Origin: Octopus sinensis
Lineage: Eukaryota
NCBI RefSeq assembly: GCF_006345805.1
Contig: NW_021825132.1
Location: forward strand, 1-17,125
Direction: 5' to 3'
DNA: 17,125 nucleotides
Position numbers and translations under genes: made by a program. The notes beneath the pieces are model-generated. The model did no database searches and had not been told where the DNA came from. It saw only the letters and a program-made list of their open reading frames with translations. Shown piece after piece: positions 1-8,576 of this stretch; position 1 is the first letter of the stretch; each line of letters begins with the position of its first letter.

Positions 1-764
1 TGTAGTCGTGGGTGGTGGTGGTGATGGTAGTGCTGGTGATTGTTGTGGTATGGTGGTAGTGGTGTTGTGGTGGTGGTTGTTGGTAGTGCTGGTGGTGGTA
101 GTGGTGGTTGTGGTGGTGGTGGTAGTTGTGGTGGTAATGGTGGTAGTTGTAGTGGTGGTTGTGGTCGTGGTTGTGTCGTGGTGGTGGTGATGGTAGTGCT
201 GGTGATTGTGTGGTAGGAGTGGTGGTAGTGGTGTTGGTGGTGGTGGTGTGGTAGTGCTGGGGTGGTAGTGGTGGTTGTGGTGGTGGTGGTAGGTGTTGGT
301 GGTAATGGTGGTAGTTGTAGTGGTGGTTGTGGTCGTGGTTGTGGTCGTGGTGGTGGTGGTGATGGTAGTGCTGGTGATTGTTGTGGTATTGGTGGTAGTG
401 GTGTTGGTGGTGGTGGTTGTGGTAGTGCTGGTGTGGTAGTGGTGGTTGTGGTGGTGGTGGTAGTTGTGGTGGTAATGGTGGTAGTTGTAGTGGTGGTTGT
501 GGTCGTGGTTGTGGTCGTGGTGGTGGTGGTGATGGTAGTGCTGGTGATTGTTGTGGTATTGGTGGTAGTGGTGTTGGTGGTGGTGGTTGTGGTAGTGCTG
601 GTGGTGGTAGTGGTGGTTGTGGTGGTGGTGGTAGTTGTGGTGGTAATGGTGGTAGTTGTAGTGGTGGTTGTGGTCGTGGTTGTGGTCGTGGTGGTGGTGG
701 TGATGGTAGTGCTGGTGATTGTTGTGGTATTGGTGGTAGTGGTGTTGGTGGTGGTGGTAGTGCT
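1..764 (+). repeat. Degenerate (GGT)n-based minisatellite with ~170-bp higher-order unit, ~4.5 copies, left arm of a fold-back; continues past the window start
   Basis: Marker GATGGTAGTGCTGGTGATTG recurs at 23, 189, 361, 531 and 702 (spacing 166-172 bp). Confidence 0.9.
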
Positions 765-822
765 GAGAATATGATTAACAACAACAATAATAATGGCATT
801 ATCATTATCTGTAGCTAAACGG

Positions 823-1265
823 CACCACCACCACCACCAATACCACCACCACCACCACAACCACCACCACAACCACCACCATTACCACCACAATCACCAC
901 CACCACTACCACCACTACCACCACCAGCACTACCACAACCACCACCACCAACACCACTACCACCAATACCACAACAATCACCACCACTACCATCACCACC
1001 ACCACGACCACAACCACGACCACAACCACCACTACAACTGCCACCATTACCACCACAACTACCACCTCCATCATAACCACCACTGCCACCACCAGCACTA
1101 CCACAACCACCACCAACAACACCACTACCACCAATACCACAACAATCACCAGCACTACCATCACCACAACCACCACGACCACAACCACGACCACAACCAC
1201 CACCATTACCACTACAACTACCACCATTACCACCACAACCACCACCTCCACCACAACCACCAGCA
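823..1265 (-). repeat. Reverse-complement copies (~2.5) of the same ~170-bp unit, (ACC)n-rich on the + strand; right arm of the fold-back
   Basis: CAATACCACAACAATCACCA(G/C)CACTACCATC at ~964 and ~1132 is the reverse complement of the left-arm marker region; the CACGACCACAACCACGACC block mirrors GGTCGTGGTTGTGGTCGTG. Confidence 0.88.
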
Positions 1266-1341
1266 TCATATATATATAATATTTACGTTCGCTATTTCCA
1301 GTAATATCGGTACTTAGTTGTGCCATTTATTTACTAATTTG

Positions 1342-1412
<71 letters not shown>

Positions 1413-1417
1413 TATAT
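1342..1417. repeat. (TA)n microsatellite
   Basis: Near-perfect TA dinucleotide run. Confidence 0.95.
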
Positions 1418-1540
1418 GTAAATAATGAGGGAGATAAATTAATATTAATTTTAATATCAATTTCAGACAGTAGTCCAGCATACAAAAAATCTGAGAAGTC
1501 AGAGAAAATTCTAATATATATGTGTATATTGGCAGGGCTT

Positions 1541-1624
1541 ACTGCTAGGAAGCGCGCCGCGCCGAATGCTAGAAATAGACCATCAACGATCAAACAACAA
1601 GGAAATTCTCTAGAGGAAAAAATT
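1541..1624 (+). repeat. First copy of an ~84-bp direct duplication of the MITE left subterminal region (second copy 2219-2303)
   Basis: ACTGCTAGG...GCCGAATGCTAGA(A/T)ATAGACCATCAACGATCAAACAACAAGGAAATTCTCTAGAGGAAAAAATT is present at both positions. Confidence 0.92.
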
Positions 1625-1635
1625 GGTAAGTATTT

Positions 1636-2026
1636 TTATATACATATATATATACATATACATATATATATACATATATATATACATATATACATATATA
1701 TATACATGTATATATATATACATATATACATACATATATATATAACATATGTACATACATAATATATATACATATATACATACATATATATATACATATA
1801 TACATACATATATATATACATATATACATACATATATATATACATATATACATACATATATATACATATATAATATATAACATTATATACATTATAACAT
1901 ATATACATATATATATATACATATATATATACATACATTATATATACGTACATATATATATATATATATTATAATATATACATATATATATACATATATA
2001 TATACATATATACGTATATATATAAC

Positions 2027-2083
<57 letters not shown>

Positions 2084-2112
2084 CATATATACATATATAT
2101 ATTATATATATA

Positions 2113-2160
<48 letters not shown>

Positions 2161-2169
2161 TATATATAT
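1636..2169. repeat. Compound (TA)n/(TATACA)n microsatellite inside the MITE
   Basis: Low-complexity TA/CA tract; source of the spurious Y/I/M/V ORFs. Confidence 0.95.
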
Positions 2170-2197
2170 GAGTGGCTGTGTGGTAAGTAGCTTGCTA
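2170..2197 (+). mobile_element. Short 5' fragment of the tRNA-derived SINE head
   Basis: GAGTGGCTGTGTGGTAAGTAGCTTGCTA matches the start of the SINE copies at 2631, 4520 and others. Confidence 0.85.
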
Positions 2198-2218
2198 GGT
2201 AAGTACTGTGTGGTAAGT

Positions 2219-2303
2219 ACTGCTAGGAGGAAGTCGGCCGCCGAATGCTAGATATAGACCATCAACGATCAAACAACAAGGAAATTCTCTAGAGGAAAAA
2301 ATT
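2219..2303 (+). repeat. Second copy of the ~84-bp direct duplication
   Basis: Near identical to 1541-1624. Confidence 0.92.
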
Positions 2304-2528
2304 CAGCGAACACCAGAACCAAATTTGGCGGGCAGACAGATGAAAATTTATATAAAAAACAGAATTAAAATGCATACCTCGGTTTCGGCCTTTAACAAAA
2401 GAATTACTTACCTAATTCAAATGTCCGTGCTTCTTCATGCATTCGTCCATTGTAATGTAAACTACAAAGCTAATCCCAGCTTTTTCGTGCCAGGACAGAG
2501 CCGACTTCCTAGCAGTAAGCCCTGCCAA

Positions 2529-2576
2529 TATATATATATATATATATATATAAATAATATATATATATATATATAT

Positions 2577-2626
<50 letters not shown>
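2529..2626. repeat. (TA)n microsatellite
   Basis: TA run directly after the right TIR. Confidence 0.95.
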
Positions 2627-2630
<4 letters not shown>

Positions 2631-3020
2631 AGGCGCAGGAATGGCTGTGTGGTAAGTAGCTTGCTAACCAACCACATGGTTCCGGGTTCAGTCCCACTGC
2701 GTGGCATCTTGGCAAGTGTCTTCTGCTATAGCCCGGCCGACCAATGCCTTGTGAGTGGATTTGGTAGACGGAAACTGAAAGAAGACTGTCGTATATATTA
2801 TATATATATATGTGTGTGTTTGTGTGTCTGTGGTTGTCCCCCTAGCATCGCTTGACAACCGATGCTGGTGTGTTTACGTCCCCGTCACTTAGCGGTTCGG
2901 CAAAAAACAGACCGATAGAATAAGTACAAGGCTTACAAGAATAAGTCCCGGGGTCGAGTTGCTCGATTAAAGGCGGTGCTCCAGCATGGCCGCAGTCAAA
3001 TGACTGAAACAAGTAAAGAA
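2631..3020 (+). mobile_element. Full-length tRNA-derived SINE (head with Pol III boxes, CORE-like segment, internal (TA)n(TG)n, body, LINE-like 3' stem-loop, A-rich tail)
   Basis: A-box-like TGGCTGTGTGG, B-box-like GGTTCAGTCCC, and a CTTGG(G)CAAGT segment resembling the MIR/CORE domain; ends GGCGGTGCTCCAGCATGGCCGCAGTCAAATGACTGAAACAAG. Family repeated many times in the window; resembles octopus SINEs from memory. Confidence 0.88.
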
Positions 3021-3035
3021 ATGAGAAAATAAATA

Positions 3036-3036
<1 letters not shown>

Positions 3037-3105
<69 letters not shown>

Positions 3106-3107
3106 GT

Positions 3108-3166
<59 letters not shown>

Positions 3167-3169
3167 ATA
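3037..3169. repeat. (TA)n microsatellite
   Basis: TA run. Confidence 0.95.
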
Positions 3170-3449
3170 GTGTAGGCGAACGTCCCTCAAATGTTCTGTA
3201 AATCGGTCGGAAAACCGGCGTCCCGTCTGTCCTACATACAGCATCCCACATAGGTTGCATTTATGCAGTAAATGAGGCCAGACGAGGTGCACGTAAAGGA
3301 GTGCCTAATACGTACAGTTCGCCGGTTGGAGCCGGTGACAGCAGTGGTGTTGGTGATGAAGGGGCAAGTGTTGCAGCGGGATCTAGAGCAAGGGAATGAT
3401 CCGTGTGGGGCTGAGGGGGAAGGAGAGAGGGTGCTGTGACCAGGAGGTC
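3170..3449 (-). pseudogene. Penelope-like retroelement fragment encoding a Cys-rich linker and the start of a GIY-YIG endonuclease (Neptune-like), with two frameshifts
   Basis: Manual minus-strand translation allowing 1-nt deletions at ~3437 and ~3260: DLLV(H)[58 protein letters not shown](K)CNLCGMLYVGQTGRRFSDRFTEHLRDVRLH. LIY...YVG is the GIY-YIG signature, followed by the conserved R..RF.EH. Confidence 0.88.
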
Positions 3450-3451
3450 AC

Positions 3452-3490
<39 letters not shown>

Positions 3491-3781
3491 CATATATATA
3501 TATACATATATATATATACGTATATATATATATATAATAATACATATATAAATATATATACATATATATACATATATATTATATATACATATATACATAT
3601 ATATATACATATATATATACATAGATATAAATACATATATATATACATATAATATATACATATATATACATATATATGTACATAAATATATATATATAAC
3701 ACATATATACATACATACATATATATATATAATACATATATACATATATATTTTTGATATACATATATATATATATACATA

Positions 3782-3820
<39 letters not shown>

Positions 3821-4108
3821 TATATACATATACATATATATATACATATATATATATACATATATACATATATATACAATATATAACATATATATACATA
3901 CATTTATATATACATATACATATATATATATATACATATATACATCCATATATGTATATTATACATATATACATACATATATATATGCATATATACATAC
4001 ATATATATACATATATACATACATATATATATACATATATATATATATATACATATATACATATATACATATATACATACATATATATATACATATATAT
4101 ATACGTAC

Positions 4109-4143
<35 letters not shown>

Positions 4144-4174
4144 CATATATATAATATATAATATATATAACATA

Positions 4175-4205
<31 letters not shown>

Positions 4206-4488
4206 CATAGATATATACATATATACATAAATATATATATACATATATACATATATACATATATATACATATATACATATATGCATATATATATATACAT
4301 ATATATATACGTACATATATATATACATACATATATATATATATATACATATATACATATATTACATATATATTATATATATACATATATACGTAATATA
4401 CATTATATATATATATATACATATATACGTAATATACATATATATATACATATATACGTAATATACATCTATATATATTATATATAAT

Positions 4489-4519
<31 letters not shown>
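3450..4519. repeat. ~1.07-kb compound (TA)n/(TACA)n microsatellite
   Basis: Almost only T/A with interspersed C; non-coding low complexity. Confidence 0.95.
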
Positions 4520-4672
4520 GAGTGGCTGTGTGGTAAGTAGCTTGCTAACCAACCACATGGTTCTGAGTTCAGTCCCACTGCGTGGCATCTTGGGCAAGTG
4601 TCTTCTGCCCAAAGCCCCTGGCCGACCAATGCCTTGTGAATGGATTTGGTATACGGAAAATGAAAGAAGCCC

Positions 4673-4718
<46 letters not shown>

Positions 4719-4995
4719 TATATATATATATATATTATATATACATATATATATATATATATATTATATGTATGTGTATGTATGTTTGTGTGTCTGTGTT
4801 TGTCCCCCTAGCATTCCTTGACAACCGATGCTGGGTGTTTATGTCTCCGTTACTTAGCGGTTCGGCGAAAGGGGCCGATAGAATAAAGACTGGCTTAGAA
4901 AAGAATGACTCTCGCGGTCGAGTTGCTCGATTAAAGGCGGTGCTCCAGCATGGCCTCAGTCAAATGACTGAAACAAGTAAAAGATAAAAGATAAA

Positions 4996-4998
<3 letters not shown>
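4520..4998 (+). mobile_element. Near full-length SINE of the same family with an expanded internal (TA)n and a (GATAAAA)n tail
   Basis: Head 4520-~4674, internal TA/TG tract, body and 3' GGCGGTGCTCCAGCATGGCCTCAGTCAAATGACTGAAACAAG; collinear with 2631-3020. Confidence 0.88.
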
Positions 4999-5067
<69 letters not shown>

Positions 5068-5068
<1 letters not shown>

Positions 5069-5353
5069 TCTTGTTTACTTGTTTCAGTCATTTGACTGTG
5101 GCCATGCTGGAGCACTGTCTTTTTAGTTGAGCAAATCAACCCCAGGACATATTGTTTGTAAGCCCAGTACTCATTCTATCGGTCTCTTTTAACGAACCGC
5201 TAAGTAACAGGGACACAAACACACCAGCATCGATTGTCAAGCGATGTTGGGGGGACAAACACAGACACACAAACATATATATATATGTGTATATATATAT
5301 ATATATATATACATACATATATACGGCGGGCTTCTTTCAGTTTCCGTCTTCCA
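5068..5353 (-). mobile_element. 5'-truncated SINE in reverse orientation, tail-to-tail with the previous copy
   Basis: CTTGTTTCAGTCATTTGACTGTGGCCATGCTGGAGCAC... is the reverse complement of the SINE tail; homology ends at the end of the head (GGGCTTCTTTCAGTTTCCGTCT). Confidence 0.87.
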
Positions 5354-5428
5354 GATACATGTTTATATATACGGATGTATATATCATCATCGATGATGAT
5401 GACATGTATATATATATGGATGTGTATG

Positions 5429-5460
<32 letters not shown>

Positions 5461-5461
5461 C

Positions 5462-5534
<73 letters not shown>

Positions 5535-5535
<1 letters not shown>

Positions 5536-5868
5536 GGCGCAGGATTGGCTGTGTGGTAAGTAGCTTGCTTACCAACCACATGGTTCCGGGATCAGTCCCA
5601 CTGCGTGGTATCTTGGGCAGGTGTCTTCTACTATAGCCCCGGGCCGACCAAAGCCTTGTGAGTGGATTTGGTAGACAGACACTGAAGGAAGCCCATCGTA
5701 TTTATTTATAGGCATAGGAGTGGCTGTGTGGTAAGTAGCTTGCTTACCAACCCACGGTTCCGTGTTCAGTCCACTGCGTGGCATCTTGGGCAAGTGTCTT
5801 CTACTATAGCCCCGGCCAACCAATGCCTTGTGAGTGGATTTGGTAGACGGAAACTGAAAGCAGCCCGT
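5535..5868 (+). mobile_element. Two tandem SINE heads (5535-5700, 5710-5868) without body or tail
   Basis: Each runs from AGGC..AGGA.TGGCTGTGTGG to CTGAA.G.AGCCC and is separated by a short TA-rich linker. Confidence 0.87.
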
Positions 5869-5961
5869 AATATATATATCAGGAGTGGTTTGCTTACAAT
5901 GCTGAACTGAAACTAGAGAAACAAAAACTATTTTCGTTAATATCAATGTTTCACTTTAGAC

Positions 5962-8329
5962 CAGTGTTTCCCAACCTTTTTTCCCGGCGCCCCACTTTTT
6001 CATAGCAAAAGTTTTTACGCCCCACCTTTTCCCATGTCCACTCACATTTACAAGTACATGTGGGCCTACTTACAATTGAAAAAAAATCAAAAATTAAAAA
6101 TTGTATTCAAAATACAAAAAAATAGTTTGAGAATTGAAACAACAGGCACTGAAAGTGCATAACACCCAATAAATCGATAAAATTATTACGATTTCTCATG
6201 TTTTTAAAAAATGTCAACTTATAAAGAATAAAGAAACACGTTTTTTCAGTTCAATTATTTGACGGTCAGCTCGACTAATTTAGTGAGAACCCTGTGCCTG
6301 ATGCATACAGCACAAGTTTTTAATTTGAGGAGACAACTTGTTAATTTCAGTCGTAAATCGCCACGTTTTGTAATCTCAAGCCGGTTTCTCTTGGCTTCGA
6401 GCAAATTATCAACTGCACTAAAACCACATTCGACCAAATAAGACGAAGGGAAAGGAATCAGTAGCTCTCTCGCTGATGTAGAAATTTTAGGATATTTTCT
6501 TTCAACCTCGTCATATAGCCACATCTTTGTACCTTTCAATTTAAACAAAGTCTTCACTGATTCATCATGTTGTAATTCTGATAACTCTTCTTGGTATTGG
6601 ATTGTAGCATCAGAAACGTTAATCAGAAGCGGTTGAGTTAACCAAGAAGGAAAATTCATTGCCTTTAAATCGCAAAATCTGTCATTGAAATCCTTTATCA
6701 AGATATTTAAATGATCAATGCCAGCATCATTCGTTATTTCACATTTACTCAACCAGTAAAGTTCACTGAAATTTCTTTTGGAAAATTTCTTTTTCCATAA
6801 TTCGAGAGCTGTAATAAATCCAAAAATCTTTGCTTTTGCATCAATAAGTGTCATGTTTGCACCTTGAAGTTGTTTATTCAAGTTTCCAAGTTTCTCAAAT
6901 ATGTCTGTCAAATAACTTACAAATGCTTTTCCATCCGTTGTTGACAGCAATTTCATTTCACATTTATCACTAAGAAAGTCGTCGTTACTGATCAAATAAT
7001 TCCATGAACCTCTTTAAGCAGTTTCCACTTGATAGCCATCTTACTTCTGTATGAAGCAATAATCGAACATGTTCGGCACTTTGATTTATACAAAACTGCT
7101 TAAAAAGACGTTCAGATTTAGAATTTCTTTTAATGCTGTTGACACACTTGATCACACTTTGAAGAATCTTGTTAAGAACAGGGGACAATTTCTTGGCAAC
7201 CAAGTTTTCTCGGTGTATTACACAATGGACAGTCAACATGTTTGGATTTTCATCCTTCATCATCATTTTTAAGCATCCCGTATTCTTGCCCATCATGGCA
7301 GGTGCACCGTCTGCCGCACATGCCAGTAAGTTTTCCTTTGGTATTTTGTTTGCATCCAAATAATGTTTGATTTTGATGTAAATATCATTTGCAGTTGTGG
7401 TGGTTTCAAACGATTCGCAGAACAGCATCTCTTCCTGAAACTCCTCGTGGTCAATATACCTCACATAAGTCAATAACAGAGCCTCACTGTCCCGGATTGT
7501 GGATTCGTCCATTTGTAATGAAAACTTACGCAATTTTAATTTCTCAATGAGCTGGCTTTCAACATCTTGCCCCATTTCATCTATTCTGTTCGAGACAGTG
7601 TTATTACTGAGTGGCATAGTCCTGATATCTCCATCATCTTTTTGTAATACAGTTTTTAAGAATATTGAGATAGCAGGTTTAATCAGTTGCTCTCCAATAG
7701 TGTGATTCTTTCCATGTTTTGCTATAAGCAAGGAGATTTCGTAGCTGGCTTCAAGGGCACGAGTATGAGGCGCTTGTTTTGCATGAAATAGTGAAGTGAG
7801 TTTTGTTCGGTTTTTAAATTTTTCTTTCAATGATTTGAAGTATTCCAAATCTAAATTAGAATTATTAGGATATCTTACCTTTAAGTGCGCTTCCAGCCTA
7901 CCTGCCTTCATTGACTCATTGCTCATCGTCTGATTACATAATAAGCAAAACGGTTTACGCTCATCATGCTCATCAGGAATGAATCCAAACTTCCAAAACT
8001 CCACCGCGTATTGACGAGTCTTCTTCTTGTTTGGTTTGCTCATTTTCAATAGGGCTAACAAAAGACTAATTGAGGCAAACTAATTGAGGCAATTGATTGG
8101 CTTATCTGAATAGTAAGTTTATTGCTCAGTGCGGGATCTTCTTTGTCTCGCTGGGGTGCGAGAGTTTCCGATGTGGAGGCTTCAAAGGAAAGACGGAATC
8201 TAAGGTTGTGCCCGCGATGACCGCTCGTCATGTACAAATATTTTCACAGCCCACGTCTATGCCCCGCGCCCCACCTGAATTTTCTCAGGCCCCACCAGTG
8301 GGGCGTACGCCCCACCTTGGGAATCACTG
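5962..8329 (-). mobile_element. Complete hAT-superfamily DNA transposon, Buster/Charlie family, 2,368 bp
   Basis: TIRs CAGTGTTTCCCAACCT (5962-5977) and ACCTTGGGAATCACTG (8314-8329; reverse complement CAGTGATTCCCAAGGT). Perfect 8-bp TSD CTTTAGAC at 5954-5961 and 8330-8337, with the central TA typical of Buster. Subterminal GCCCCAC motifs at 5989, 6019, 8268, 8289 and 8309. Confidence 0.96.
6280..8043 (-). pseudogene. Buster-type hAT transposase (ZBED8/ZBED5-like), ~590 aa when repaired, disrupted by two compensating frameshifts
   Basis: ATG at 8043 (MSKPNKKK). BED finger CLLC...HLK; catalytic motifs SLQMDEST, AADGAPAM, HCVIH, EVRWLS and SSYLVECGFS. Frame break near 6985-6995 (+1). The typical end KLSPQIKNLCCMHQAQGSH* (stop 6280-6282) lies in the original frame after a -1 shift at ~6340. 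Confidence 0.93.
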
Positions 8330-8576
8330 CTTTAGACTTAAATAATGAGTAACATATATTTGTCGCATCCGACGCATGCGTACACTATGGGAAATAACTC
8401 TCATCTTTTAGTTTCCGAAAATACTGGTTCTCTCCCTTTGAAAACCCTGGTTTTTTCTGTATCTTTATCATACGTGCTAAAGGGCTGCGACCCTGGAGAT
8501 TGCGAATTTATGAAAATCAGCCGACACAAATTTTTCGTGTCCATACGAAAGTTACCATGTGCAAATTATAAATTCA

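Larger units (their letters stand above)
1529..2528. mobile_element. Non-autonomous DNA transposon (MITE-like) with 24-bp perfect TIRs in TA context, internally expanded by a microsatellite and a duplication
   Basis: Left TTGGCAGGGCTTACTGCTAGGAAG (1529-1552) is the exact reverse complement of right CTTCCTAGCAGTAAGCCCTGCCAA (2505-2528). Both ends abut TA, compatible with a TA target duplication (Tc1/mariner-type; superfamily is inference). No transposase inside. Confidence 0.8.

Noticed and set aside
1-764. Centromeric alpha-satellite analogy from the ~171-bp period
   Set aside because: Only the length coincides; the sequence is a GGT-derived minisatellite with few copies.
8-1326. Poly-Val, Gly-rich and His-rich ORFs
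   Set aside because: They are translations of the GGT/ACC repeat, which lacks stops in several frames; no domain or splice support.
2631-2710. tRNA gene
   Set aside because: A/B boxes are present, but the sequence continues into SINE core and body and is multicopy and divergent; it is a tRNA-derived SINE head, and I could not support a full cloverleaf.
2765-2792. Hammerhead ribozyme in the SINE head (GACGG-AAA-CTGAAAGA-AG-(C/A)C(C/T)GTC)
   Set aside because: GAAA and the CTGA..GA-like motif are adjacent inside one loop with no intervening stems, which is incompatible with hammerhead topology.
1590-5581. Numerous YI/MY/VC-repeat ORFs up to 259 aa
   Set aside because: Translations of (TA)n/(TACA)n microsatellites.
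6985-8061. Domesticated host gene (ZBED8/ZBED5/SCAND3-like)
   Set aside because: Intact TIRs, a TSD, an empty paralogous site and two frameshifts indicate an ordinary transposon copy, so no gene symbol is assigned.
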